A stretch of DNA of 64,000 nucleotides from Bacteroidales bacterium UBA2295 (GCA_002345825.1 DDWD01000212.1:3778-67777), one strand, 5' to 3'. Numbered from the stretch's first letter, positions 37,963-47,884 are shown. Notes: generated by a model from the letters alone, not told the origin. Translations and numbers: made by a program.

Positions 37963-39603
37963 ATGATTTCAGTTGACAGCTTAACCCTTGAATTTGGGGG
38001 AACAACGCTTTTTAAGGATATCTCCTTTGCCATAAATGATAAGGATAGAATTGCCCTTATGGGCAAGAATGGCGCAGGCAAATCGACATTGCTAAAAATA
38101 ATTGCTGGAGTAAAAGCGCCAACCCGTGGCCGGGTAACTGCACCTAACGATGCGGTAATTGCATATCTGCCTCAACACCTAATTACCGAGAATGACCGCA
38201 CGGTTTTCGATGAGGCATCGCAGGCATTTGCCAGTATCTTTGAGATGAAACGGGAGATTGATGAGCTCAACCATCAGCTTACCGTTCGCACCGACTACGA
38301 GTCGGACAGCTACTACAAGCTTATTGAAGATGTATCGACCCTAAGCGAGAAGTACTACACCATTGAGGAGATAAATTTTGATGCCGAGGTTGAGAAAATA
38401 TTGATAGGACTTGGCTTTCACCGCGAGGATTTTACGAGACCTACCAGCGAGTTCAGCGGAGGATGGCGCATGCGCATTGAGCTGGCCAAAATCCTGCTGC
38501 AAAAACCCGACCTCATTCTGCTCGATGAGCCCACCAACCATATGGATATTGAGTCGGTGCAGTGGCTGGAGGAGTTTTTGATAAACAGCGCCAAGGCAGT
38601 AATCTTGATTTCGCACGACAGGGCTTTTGTTGATAATATCACCACCCGCACCATTGAGATTACCATGGGCCGTATTTACGACTACAAGGTGAACTACACA
38701 ACCTACCTGCAGCTGCGCGGGGAGCGCAGGGAGCAACAGCAAAAGCAGTACGATGAGCAGCAGAAAATGATTGCCGATAATCAGGAGTTTATCGAGCGAT
38801 TTAAGGGTACCTACTCCAAAACCAATCAGGTGCAGTCGCGGGTGCGAATGCTTGAGAAGTTAGAAATACTAGAGGTTGATGAGGAAGATACCTCTGCCCT
38901 TAAACTACGATTTCCCCCTTCGCCCCGCTCGGGCAGTTGGCCAGTAGTTGCCGAGGGTGTCTCAAAAAGCTACGGCGATCTTAACGTTTTCTCAAATGCA
39001 TCGTTCTCCATTGAACGTGGCGAAAAGATTGCATTCGTTGGTCGAAATGGCGAGGGAAAATCGACTATGATTAAGGCCATTATGGGCGAGATACATTTTG
39101 ACGGAAAAATGGCCCTTGGGCATAACGTTAAAATTGGATACTTTGCGCAAAACCAAGCTTCGCTGCTCAACGAGGAGCTAACCGTTTTTCAAACAATCGA
39201 CGATGTGGCTGTGGGTGATATACGAACTAAGATCAAGGATCTGCTTGGTGCATTTATGTTTGGAGGCGATGACATAAACAAAAAGGTTAAGGTTTTGTCG
39301 GGAGGAGAAAGAACCCGTCTATCGATGATAAAACTGCTACTTGAGCCGGTAAATCTACTAATTCTCGATGAGCCAACCAACCACCTGGATATGCGCACCA
39401 AGGATATTCTTAAAAGCGCACTCCTAGCCTTTGATGGCACGCTAATACTTGTTTCTCACGACCGCGATTTTCTTGACGGGCTGGTTACAAAGGTTTACGA
39501 ATTTGGAAACAGGGAAGTTAAGGAGCATCTTTACGATATCCGTGGCTTTTTGGAAAAGAAGAAGATGGAGAATTTGAAGGAGATTGAGCGGAAAGGGAAT
39601 TGA
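37963..39603 (+). CDS. ABC-F family ATPase (two ABC cassettes, no TM domain)
   Basis: Walker A GKNGAGKST and GRNGEGKST, signatures FSGGWRMR and LSGGERTR, Walker B LLLDEPTNH and LILDEPTNH, and a charged inter-domain linker. Confidence 0.93.
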   Translation: MISVDSLTLEFGGTTLFKDISFAINDKDRIALMGKNGAGKSTLLKIIAGVKAPTRGRVTAPNDAVIAYLPQHLITENDRTVFDEASQAFASIFEMKREIDELNHQLTVRTDYESDSYYKLIEDVSTLSEKYYTIEEINFDAEVEKILIGLGFHREDFTRPTSEFSGGWRMRIELAKILLQKPDLILLDEPTNHMDIESVQWLEEFLINSAKAVILISHDRAFVDNITTRTIEITMGRIYDYKVNYTTYLQLRGERREQQQKQYDEQQKMIADNQEFIERFKGTYSKTNQVQSRVRMLEKLEILEVDEEDTSALKLRFPPSPRSGSWPVVAEGVSKSYGDLNVFSNASFSIERGEKIAFVGRNGEGKSTMIKAIMGEIHFDGKMALGHNVKIGYFAQNQASLLNEELTVFQTIDDVAVGDIRTKIKDLLGAFMFGGDDINKKVKVLSGGERTRLSMIKLLLEPVNLLILDEPTNHLDMRTKDILKSALLAFDGTLILVSHDRDFLDGLVTKVYEFGNREVKEHLYDIRGFLEKKKMENLKEIERKGN

Positions 39604-39673
39604 AAAAAACTTTTTTGAACATTCCCATCCTTTAGGACTTTTTCGCATACTCTATCAATCATCCTGTTGGCAG

Positions 39674-40066
39674 CTAATTATTAAGTTTGGCTAATGATTG
39701 ACAATAACAAATACTCTCACTCATATCGTTTCCACATACATTATGGATTACGATATAAGAGAGTGCGTGTATTAATTTTGTGCCGGAAAATATATCCTGG
39801 GGTTTTAACCTGTTTTTTATAGTGCTACCAGATCGAACCAACAAAATAAAAAGAATAGACATTAGGTATAAAAACCCAATTAGATAGTAAATTAGGTAAA
39901 CTCGTGAAGAACCTTGGGACAACATGATTTGAGCCGTTAATACTGCGCCGATGCTATTGAGAAAAAGTATCACTATCATCATACTTTTGCTAAACTTTTT
40001 GTACAGAAGAAAACCTGTTAAACTTATAAGCACAAGTATGGATAGGATTATACCACCTACAAACAT
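39674..40066 (-). CDS. Hypothetical small membrane protein (3 TM)
   Basis: Hydrophobic 130-aa ORF in an AT-rich segment with no recognisable motif. Confidence 0.4.
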   Translation of the reverse strand: MFVGGIILSILVLISLTGFLLYKKFSKSMMIVILFLNSIGAVLTAQIMLSQGSSRVYLIYYLIGFLYLMSILFILLVRSGSTIKNRLKPQDIFSGTKLIHALSYIVIHNVCGNDMSESICYCQSLAKLNN

Positions 40067-40138
40067 ACCATCTTCAAAGCAGCTAGGAATAACAGTAACG
40101 AATGAGGTTACAAAAACAATAAGAGAAAATCGCTCAAG

Positions 40139-41011
40139 CTAATTTGCCCTGTTAGTTTGCTTAGGGCTAGGCTCAAAAAATTTAAAACTATCGACAATAC
40201 CATCAAACTCATAGGGGCTAAGGGGAGATTTTACACCCATATTTTTTGTAAAAACAACAACAAGCATAAGGTTTACCAACATAGCCGTCCAAAGGAAGAT
40301 GTAAAAAGTGGCATTATCGGCATAACCAAAATATTCGCCATTAGGGTTCTGCACAAGAAAGAGAAATGCATCATGAATGTAATGATATACAATACCCGCT
40401 ATTAATGCTCTTGTACGCAATGCCACAAAAGAAAAAGTAATACCAATTATGAACACAGAAATAACCTCGAAAAGGGCTTCTGGCGTAAATCCAGTTATAT
40501 GACACAACGCAAAAATTACTGTTTGTAACCAAAATGCTTTACTTATGCTCCTATAATGGCGAATTAGGATAATCATTAGCACACCCCGAAACATTATCTC
40601 CTCCCAAATTCCAGGAGTTAAGGAGAAAACAAAATGCCCAAGCGATAGGTTACTCCAGTTAAACTCGAATTTGCCGGTGAAATGCGAACCAAAATACATC
40701 CCGGTAAGAGAAACAACCCCGAGAAGAATCCCTAGAAATATTTGCTTCACAACACCCGATGGTACAAAAACACCAACTGAGCGCAGCCACTCCCATATGG
40801 CTTTTTTCCCAAAAGGAATTTTAAAAACTCTTGGAAATAAAAAAAGAATTGAGGCGCTAGTAACCGTAAATGCTATTATTGCTTTTTGTAATTTTGACAT
40901 ATCGAGGTCGAAGCCTTTGTTAACTAGCATTACAATTAACGGCCCAATCACTGAAAACAGTATTGCAAGGTATATTTGCATTCCTGTTCTACCAAGAATT
41001 TTTTTTCCCAT
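40139..41011 (-). CDS. CPBP family intramembrane glutamic endopeptidase (CAAX protease/Abi type)
   Basis: Motif 1 WEEIMFRG, motif 2 FALCH, motif 3 YHYIHDAF, and 7-8 TM helices. Confidence 0.8.
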   Translation of the reverse strand: MGKKILGRTGMQIYLAILFSVIGPLIVMLVNKGFDLDMSKLQKAIIAFTVTSASILFLFPRVFKIPFGKKAIWEWLRSVGVFVPSGVVKQIFLGILLGVVSLTGMYFGSHFTGKFEFNWSNLSLGHFVFSLTPGIWEEIMFRGVLMIILIRHYRSISKAFWLQTVIFALCHITGFTPEALFEVISVFIIGITFSFVALRTRALIAGIVYHYIHDAFLFLVQNPNGEYFGYADNATFYIFLWTAMLVNLMLVVVFTKNMGVKSPLSPYEFDGIVDSFKFFEPSPKQTNRAN

Positions 41012-41231
41012 CGCTTTACTTGTTATCTGATAAATTTAAAATATGTGGTAAATTACTTTTAAAACAAACTAAAAAAACAATTCTTGCCCTTCATTAACAA
41101 GCGGAATAGTAGTGAACCCAAATAAATCTTACTTCCAAATCATTAAATAAATATACGTTTTTCTACAAAACGAACGTTCAAACCATAGTCGTTATATTTC
41201 AGCGTTATTCATTTACCCAAAACAATAACGG

Positions 41232-41990
41232 TTAAATACATTTAAACATATGGTTTAACTTGCTATCTATTAAATGCTCTTCACCAAGCTGTTTAATAAT
41301 ATCGTTCTTATACTTCCAGGTAATAGAAATACATTGGCATTTATCCCCAATCAATTTAAGTAGGTGAATGATGTGGGTTAGATAATTGAGATTATTCTCA
41401 TCAATTGAGTGGATAAAAAAATCGACGTTAAAACTAATTGCCTCAGGCTCATTATACCTTAACATCTCAAGCCACAAAACTAGGGGATAAAAATACACCC
41501 AGGGCTCGCTGTGAACACAGCTGCCCTCTATGATTATATCAACAGAATCGTCGTAGTAAACAAGAGGAGCAGCGTCTGTCATTATATGACTAAACGTACT
41601 AGGTAATTGCTTTTCAGTAATATTGAAGGGGAATTTAAAAAATTCAGCAAACTCTTCGCCATCTTCTTTGATATCAATATCATCTGCAAAGTAGTGCCAG
41701 TTTACAACTACTTGCTTACCCTTGTCATGCTGTTTCTCGAGCAGCTTAAAAAGATCATAAAAAGATTTGGACGAAGAGTTGCCAAAATACATCATAGAAA
41801 AACTAACCTCGAGGCTAATCCCACCCGAAAAAAAATATTTATCAACCCAATTTATAAGTGCCGTGTAGAATAAAGTAGGGTTTTCGGGTATTGAAATCCC
41901 CGACACCTGCACAGTACCCTTTTGGGAGTCTGCAACTATAAGCGGTTCTCGATTTGAGGGGGAGTTTATTAGGTTTTCCATTTTGCTCAC
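41232..41990 (-). CDS. Tandem DUF1987 (SiaC-like) domain protein
   Basis: The first half matches the DUF1987 pattern as I remember it: VSGISIPENPTLFYTALINWVDKY, then YFGNSSSKSFYDLFKLLE, then VVVNWHY. The second half repeats the fold pattern (IIEGSCVHSEPWVYFYPLVLWLEML..ISITWKY) but has no SSS motif. Confidence 0.6.
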   Translation of the reverse strand: MSKMENLINSPSNREPLIVADSQKGTVQVSGISIPENPTLFYTALINWVDKYFFSGGISLEVSFSMMYFGNSSSKSFYDLFKLLEKQHDKGKQVVVNWHYFADDIDIKEDGEEFAEFFKFPFNITEKQLPSTFSHIMTDAAPLVYYDDSVDIIIEGSCVHSEPWVYFYPLVLWLEMLRYNEPEAISFNVDFFIHSIDENNLNYLTHIIHLLKLIGDKCQCISITWKYKNDIIKQLGEEHLIDSKLNHMFKCI

Positions 41991-42197
41991 GTTTGGTTAA
42001 ACTAAAATAGCTCTAAATTTAAAATTATCACTCAGTGGGAGTAAAACTCTTATTTAAAACTTGGTTCTCCATTCGGTAAAATTATATCGGTGGGAGTTGC
42101 AATCGGTGCACTGGTGTTAACCAAAACAGGGAACCTAATTGATGTAGCTTGAGGAGAAGTGCAAATAATTTGTTTTCCTTATGAATCCTTAAACTAA

Positions 42198-42226
42198 GGC
42201 AGGCGAGCACTCGGTGCTCGCCTGCC
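42198..42226 (-). terminator. 13-bp perfect hairpin, terminator of the caspase operon
   Basis: GGCAGGCGAGCAC-TCG-GTGCTCGCCTGCC, 30 nt downstream of the lipoprotein stop codon. T-rich tracts lie on both sides, so it may act in both directions. Confidence 0.7.
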
Positions 42227-42256
42227 TGTAGTTTTTAAGTAAATTTATTGAGTGAA

Positions 42257-43828
42257 CTAAATATCCTCATTGGGATCGTAAACCCAAAAATCCTTTTTGT
42301 AACCAACGGGTTGGGTGTACTCTGCTCCCGTTCCAAAATAGCCTTTACCATTTAGAGCAACGCCAATGGCTGAGTACCGACTCCCTGGCTTCATGTATGT
42401 TTTTTGTGTCCATGTATTATCTGCAGGCGAAAACTCCCACAAATCGTAATAGGGTGTTGATCCTGTGTATCCAGAGCCAACATAAGCCTTGTCGCCAATA
42501 ACAAAGCTTATAGCTGAGAACCTTCTATTATCCCAGGTAGGTTCAATACCTGCTGCTTCGGCCCAGGTATCGGCACTAGGATTATACTCCCAAAATTCAG
42601 CTCTCACTTCGTTGTTATAACCAGTACCAATGTACCCCTTGCCATTAACAGCAAAGCCAACCGCTTTGTATATTAAGCCGCCGCCATAAGATTGCTTCTG
42701 AGTCCACACATCGGTTTGGGAGTCGTACTCCCAAAAGTCAGGATTAAACAGATTACTTACCCCCATTCCAACGTACCCCTTATCACCAATGGCAAAGGCA
42801 GCAGCGCCGTCTCTAGGAGAGCCACCAAAATCGGCTATTCGTGCCCACTGGCCAGTTGTTGGGTTGTACGCCCAAAAATCCTTGCTATCGCCCCCTTGAA
42901 TTGCACCTGTGCCCACATATCCCTTGCCGTTAATTACAAATGCAACTGCTGTGTGACGGGGTTCTCCGGGGAAGTCTGCAATTCTGCTCCACTGGTCTGT
43001 ATCGGGGTTGTACTCCCAAAAATCGGAAGTGAACTCATTGCTTGGGGTTGTTCCGGTACCAACATATATCCTATTGCCAATGGCAAAGGACACTGCTGCG
43101 CTCCTCTCCTCGCCACCAAAATCGGCTAGCTGCGTCCAAGGATCAGGAAGGGTTCTAAATTCAAGTTCTTGGCCATAAGAAGTTCCTATGGAATTTGTTG
43201 CGTAGGCTCGGGTGAAGTAAACTGTATTGGGCAGCAAATTAGATAGGTTACAAGTAAACTCATAGTCTTCCCACTCATTAAGTTCTCCTTGTATCTTAAA
43301 ATCATCAATCGTTGGATTAGGTGTAGTGGCCCAACAAACTCCCGCTGTGGTGGTTGCACCGCCATCATATAGCAACTTTCCGCCAAAAACTGCGGAATTT
43401 GTGGTTATGTTTTCAACAGCAGCGAAACTCTGTACAATAGGTGCTCCAACCACAGTTGAGAACATCTTTTCGTCTCCGTAGTACACACCCCTATCGGTCT
43501 GTGCAAAAACCCGATAGTTATAATGGGTATTTGATGAAAGGCCATTTGCCTGAACAGTAAAAGTAGAATTACCCAATGAACCCTCAACATATCCATCAAC
43601 TATTGTTGGCATAGGATGTGGACTAAAACAGATGCCCAATTTCTGGATCGTTGCACCACCATCGGAAACTAATTCGCCCTTAAGGGTTGCCGATTCGGCA
43701 TTTATTTCTGTTGCCTCAAGGGTGCGCAGCTCGGGATCTGTTAAAACCTCGTCAGAACAAGAAATTACAACCGCTAGGCACACTAGGACAACTGCAAACA
43801 CTTTGAATATATTTTGAATAGATCTCAT
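42257..43828 (-). CDS. Lipoprotein with two Ig/FN3-like repeats and a six-bladed Kelch-like beta-propeller
   Basis: Lipobox (..VVISC SDE). Two repeats of about 90 aa (ATLKGELVSDGGATIQ.. and AVFGGKLLYDGGATTT..). Six repeats of the pattern W..IADFGG..R..AV.F.I..KGYVGTG....DFWEYNP. Confidence 0.75.
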   Translation of the reverse strand: MRSIQNIFKVFAVVLVCLAVVISCSDEVLTDPELRTLEATEINAESATLKGELVSDGGATIQKLGICFSPHPMPTIVDGYVEGSLGNSTFTVQANGLSSNTHYNYRVFAQTDRGVYYGDEKMFSTVVGAPIVQSFAAVENITTNSAVFGGKLLYDGGATTTAGVCWATTPNPTIDDFKIQGELNEWEDYEFTCNLSNLLPNTVYFTRAYATNSIGTSYGQELEFRTLPDPWTQLADFGGEERSAAVSFAIGNRIYVGTGTTPSNEFTSDFWEYNPDTDQWSRIADFPGEPRHTAVAFVINGKGYVGTGAIQGGDSKDFWAYNPTTGQWARIADFGGSPRDGAAAFAIGDKGYVGMGVSNLFNPDFWEYDSQTDVWTQKQSYGGGLIYKAVGFAVNGKGYIGTGYNNEVRAEFWEYNPSADTWAEAAGIEPTWDNRRFSAISFVIGDKAYVGSGYTGSTPYYDLWEFSPADNTWTQKTYMKPGSRYSAIGVALNGKGYFGTGAEYTQPVGYKKDFWVYDPNEDI

Positions 43829-43856
43829 AGTTGTATGTATGAAATTTTAGTATCAA

Positions 43857-45251
43857 TTAAAACAGCTCGCTGATGTGAAGTCCAAGGGCAAGTTCTATGT
43901 TGATTGATGAATATCTTCTTGAATTTTCATCAAATCCAAGCCGTAAGGCGTGCATATCGAACATATGCCATGAGTCGGCATAATTTAATTTTAACAGGTG
44001 CATAGCCGATGAGATGCGAAAATAGAAGTACTTACTAGGCTGAATATTCATATTGATGCGCCCAAACAGATAACCATAACTTTTATTCTCCTGCGTAAGT
44101 CGTACCACATCATCGTCCCACTCATATTTACCAAATGGTAGGGTGGGGTGCGAATAAATCATTTGATTCGTTGCAAGATCAAGGCCAGTAAACTCAGCAT
44201 TACCCCATATGGAGCTCTCATAGGAAGGCTTTACCTGAATCTGAGCACCCAAATCGAAGGAGAAGTTAAATTTTGGTTTACCGGTCTGGAATCTTACAAA
44301 TACTGGTACAGCGCTGTATTCAACTTTTATATAATGGTAAAAATGGGCAAAATTGAGAATTGGTATAAAACCCTGTATCTCGTCAGCCACTATATACTGG
44401 TTGGCACTCACCTCAAAACGAGCAATATGTTTATCCTTACCGTATCCCACACCAAAACCAAACCATGGCTTGGGCATATATACAAGATTAAATATAAGGC
44501 CATTGTAAGCTGATGAGGTTCGATAATCGCCTGAATATGTTAATTCATTTGATAAGGAATAGGTGTAATAAAAATCATTAATCTGGTCGTAAGCCTCATA
44601 TGTAAAGGGGTTTCCATTAGAACTATAGCGATAAGGAAACATCCCTGCCATGGCCACAATATTTGAACTAATCTCAAGAAACAACCCCTCGCGAAACATT
44701 TTCTTCCTAAAAACCTTATTATGATAGTCTGCCGAAGCAATTCTGGAGATGGATTTTTTTGAACCAGCAGATCGGATATAGAAGTACTGATGGTCGGCAA
44801 AGCTAAGAATCTTCCCATCTTTTCGAATTCCGGAGTATTCAACGGGAGCTTTAAACACATGGGTTTTTGAAAAGATACTTCCTCGGATATCTAATAGTTC
44901 TATGCTGTCTACACTAAACGCCGTGCCTAAACCATCGGGGTAACTGCCCACAATGTGCGTATGAAATTGCAGGGGTGATATAAAATCGCCTTTAAAATGC
45001 TCTTTGGATAGGAAGTTATGAATAATCTTGCTTTTGGAACTACCAAAAAGAGATAGAAGATCCTGAGCATTATTGGCATAATCGTCGGGGTTATTGGCAT
45101 ACCTATCGAAAGTCTTTAGGTAAAGAGTAACTTGCCCCTTCGATTCCAAGGCTCTTGGGCTATCGGCTTTTTTGTGCTGAGCCCACAAGTTGTTAGCCAA
45201 AAATATTAAACCAATGCTAAAAACAATATACTTTATTGTATTGCTATTCAT
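43857..45251 (-). CDS. Outer-membrane beta-barrel protein with N-terminal soluble domain (unknown function)
   Basis: Signal peptide (..ANNLWAQ), alternating-hydrophobicity strands in the C-terminal ~290 aa, and a C-terminal ..HISELF. Start moved to ATG 45251, 20 nt after the caspase stop. Confidence 0.7.
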   Translation of the reverse strand: MNSNTIKYIVFSIGLIFLANNLWAQHKKADSPRALESKGQVTLYLKTFDRYANNPDDYANNAQDLLSLFGSSKSKIIHNFLSKEHFKGDFISPLQFHTHIVGSYPDGLGTAFSVDSIELLDIRGSIFSKTHVFKAPVEYSGIRKDGKILSFADHQYFYIRSAGSKKSISRIASADYHNKVFRKKMFREGLFLEISSNIVAMAGMFPYRYSSNGNPFTYEAYDQINDFYYTYSLSNELTYSGDYRTSSAYNGLIFNLVYMPKPWFGFGVGYGKDKHIARFEVSANQYIVADEIQGFIPILNFAHFYHYIKVEYSAVPVFVRFQTGKPKFNFSFDLGAQIQVKPSYESSIWGNAEFTGLDLATNQMIYSHPTLPFGKYEWDDDVVRLTQENKSYGYLFGRINMNIQPSKYFYFRISSAMHLLKLNYADSWHMFDMHALRLGFDENSRRYSSINIELALGLHISELF

Positions 45252-45271
45252 ATGGTAAAAGGTTATAGTGA

Positions 45272-46906
45272 TTACCGATTTAGTTTCCAACTACGCCAAT
45301 CGTTGCTTAGCTGATGGCTCACATTAAGGGTTGGGTTCTGCTCTCTATTGTTGTGGATAATGGAAGATGTGGCCACCTTTGATGTAACATAGTCAACCAG
45401 CTCGCCCATGGTAATATCTCCACTGCTGTCCTGCAATGCTTTTAAAAGATAGTACGAGAACATTCCGTGAAACTTATTCCTGTAGGGCAAAGCCGACTCA
45501 TTACCCGCGCTAGCCGATAGCACCAAAACATTTCCCTTAACCGGTTCCTCACGAGGACGAATCCTAACTGCTCTTGCGGCAAGTAGGCCCTGCTCGCGGC
45601 CACCACCGCTAAAACAAGCATCGAGAAAAACGGTGATGCCCTTGGATGGATTTTCGCCTAGCTTGGCATACAAATCCTTTAGCTTAATGGCAAACTCTAG
45701 GTCATTTCCGCTAACATCAACAGGTATAATATGGCCTTCGCGGGTTTTCTCATCGGGAAAGCCATGGCCAGCAAAAAACATAATGGCTTCGCCATTGCCT
45801 TGGGTCGCCTTAAGCAGCGAAGTTAGCTGATTAATTCCTCGATGCATTTCAACAGCTTTAGCATCGAGCATAAAAATGATGTTCGACTCCTTTACCCCCA
45901 GAGTATTTATGGCATACTGCTTAAAGGTTTCGGCATCGCGGCGAGCAAATTCTACGTTCGACTCGTAGTTTAGCCCCTTTTGGTGCGAGCGGTAGTCCTC
46001 GTTGCCTACAATTAGCGCAAATCGGTTTTCGTAAACCCTGCCTATGGATGGAATAAGCGTATCGACATCCGACACCATCTCCACCTTTAGCTGCTCTGCC
46101 AAAAGTCTTTGTTCAACATCGGAGGCAACCTTGGCCTCAACAAAAAACTCCTGCTCGCCTACATTGCCCGCTAAATCATTTGCGGTTACACGAATTGGAT
46201 AGGTACCGCCAATGCGCGATAGCGGAACTTTTGCAATAAAAACAGAATCGTTCAGTGGAACGGCCTTGGTGCTATTTACATTTACCTCGGCAAGCGGATT
46301 CCGGTCCTTAACCAATACCTTAACCTCAACCTCGTTGGTGAAAATTTGAGGCCTGAAACCATCCATAACCCCATCGGGAGTAAGAACAGTAATCTGTGGC
46401 GGTGTAACATCTTTTATATCCGAAGGGTTGATGGTGAAATGAGCCAGAAAGTTACGAGGCGATCGTGCCAAAAAGTTTTGCCACTGCGATGGGTTAAGCG
46501 CAGCATCAATGGTTGGGGCAAAGCTAAATGGAATATCAACAGTAAACTTGTTTTGATCTATGTTGATATCGTCATCCACAACAAATTTTAGGGTTAGCGT
46601 TGAATTGAAGTAGAAAAGGTTGCTTCGGCTCTCCTCAAAGGTTTTGCAAACAATTTTACCGTCGCCGGGCATCTTCACCTTGTTCTTATCGAACACAATT
46701 AGCGATCGCTTATCGTCAATTGGTTTACGATCCTTATCGAGCCAATCGACCTGAAGAGCCAGAACAAACTCATTAGCCTCAACTTTTCCTGAACTTATTT
46801 TCAGTAGTCCCTGTTTGCTGCCAGGAGCAGTAAAAATAAGGGTTTGGCTTTGTAAATTAACAATTGAAACCAGTAATCCCAATAGCAATAACAATTTAGT
46901 CTTCAT
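45272..46906 (-). CDS. Exported caspase-family (peptidase C14) protein with N-terminal Ig-like domains
   Basis: Signal peptide MKTKLLLLLGLLVSIVNLQSQ. Caspase domain with ALIVGNEDY, catalytic His in MFFAGHG and catalytic Cys in VFLDACFSGG. Start moved to ATG 46906. Confidence 0.85.
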   Translation of the reverse strand: MKTKLLLLLGLLVSIVNLQSQTLIFTAPGSKQGLLKISSGKVEANEFVLALQVDWLDKDRKPIDDKRSLIVFDKNKVKMPGDGKIVCKTFEESRSNLFYFNSTLTLKFVVDDDINIDQNKFTVDIPFSFAPTIDAALNPSQWQNFLARSPRNFLAHFTINPSDIKDVTPPQITVLTPDGVMDGFRPQIFTNEVEVKVLVKDRNPLAEVNVNSTKAVPLNDSVFIAKVPLSRIGGTYPIRVTANDLAGNVGEQEFFVEAKVASDVEQRLLAEQLKVEMVSDVDTLIPSIGRVYENRFALIVGNEDYRSHQKGLNYESNVEFARRDAETFKQYAINTLGVKESNIIFMLDAKAVEMHRGINQLTSLLKATQGNGEAIMFFAGHGFPDEKTREGHIIPVDVSGNDLEFAIKLKDLYAKLGENPSKGITVFLDACFSGGGREQGLLAARAVRIRPREEPVKGNVLVLSASAGNESALPYRNKFHGMFSYYLLKALQDSSGDITMGELVDYVTSKVATSSIIHNNREQNPTLNVSHQLSNDWRSWKLNR

Positions 46907-47074
46907 ATGCTTATGTTTTAAAAAGTGAACCTTATACGTTTGTTCAAATCGCTTAAAATTAGACATAGGAAACCCACGGAGTAGGGCTACATAAAGTCCC
47001 CTGCTCTGTGTTCGAAATTTGGCTTACACCTTAGTCGATAAAATTTGGATTAGGGTTAAATATAAAAACAGGGC

Positions 47075-47884
47075 TTAAAAGGCTTTAACAGCCTTGCGCC
47101 TGAGCTTAAATCTTGTATCCTCATCGGAAATACGCTCATGGTTGTAAATATTCTTCTCCCACTCGCCATACATTGGGTTGGGGAATGCAATAAATCTCCG
47201 ACCAAACTCCTCGCGATACTCATCAACTATTGGCTGGCCCCAGCTATCAGTGCGATCCTCAAACACCTCGGCAAAATCGTTAAGGTTATCGCCTAACAAA
47301 AGAATAATATCGAATTTTTGCGACACAAGTTGCCTGCGTGGCTCCTTGCCACTGGTGGTATCCTTTAAAAAGAAATTTTCGGGTTTAACAAAGGCAAATC
47401 CTATCTTCTCCATATTACGCATAGTGGCATCCTGCTCATCAACGGTGCGATTACTCAGGTAAATTACATCGACACCTACCGATTGGCAGAATTGCGAGAA
47501 CTCAACCGCACCGGGGAGCGCCTCAGCCTGCTCAAGGGCAACCCACTCGCCCCACATTTCAGGCGTAAAAGGTTTACCGGTTTCAATCATTTTCCCTTGA
47601 AAGGGGCTGTTATCAATCATTGTTTCATCTAAATCAACAACAACTGCTTTGGGTTTGGAACTCTTTTGCTTGCTGTATTCAACTACCCTTTCCTTAGCAA
47701 TATTGAAACCCTGGTAATACAGCGCTTTCATCTCGGGTGAACTCTGATACCATATGGTAGCTAGGGTTATATTCTCTTGATTTATATTATGCTCACTATC
47801 TTTTACCTGCGAAGTACAGCCTAAAATTATAGTTGAAGTAATAAGAGCAATAATTATTCTTTTCATCTCTACGTGTTTTGTCAT
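47075..47884 (-). CDS. Class C acid phosphatase / 5'-nucleotidase lipoprotein e(P4) family (HAD IIIB)
   Basis: DxDxT motif VVDLDETMIDN, plus LSNR and GDNLNDF. Lipobox ILGC. An alternative start at 47866 (MKRIII) is possible. Confidence 0.85.
   Translation of the reverse strand: MTKHVEMKRIIIALITSTIILGCTSQVKDSEHNINQENITLATIWYQSSPEMKALYYQGFNIAKERVVEYSKQKSSKPKAVVVDLDETMIDNSPFQGKMIETGKPFTPEMWGEWVALEQAEALPGAVEFSQFCQSVGVDVIYLSNRTVDEQDATMRNMEKIGFAFVKPENFFLKDTTSGKEPRRQLVSQKFDIILLLGDNLNDFAEVFEDRTDSWGQPIVDEYREEFGRRFIAFPNPMYGEWEKNIYNHERISDEDTRFKLRRKAVKAF

Noticed and set aside
46967-47074. Intergenic segment containing ..AAAGTCC.. that briefly resembled an RNase P RNA motif
   Set aside because: Only a 7-nt coincidence. 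None of the surrounding conserved P4/P10-12 sequence or structure is present, and the segment is far too short.
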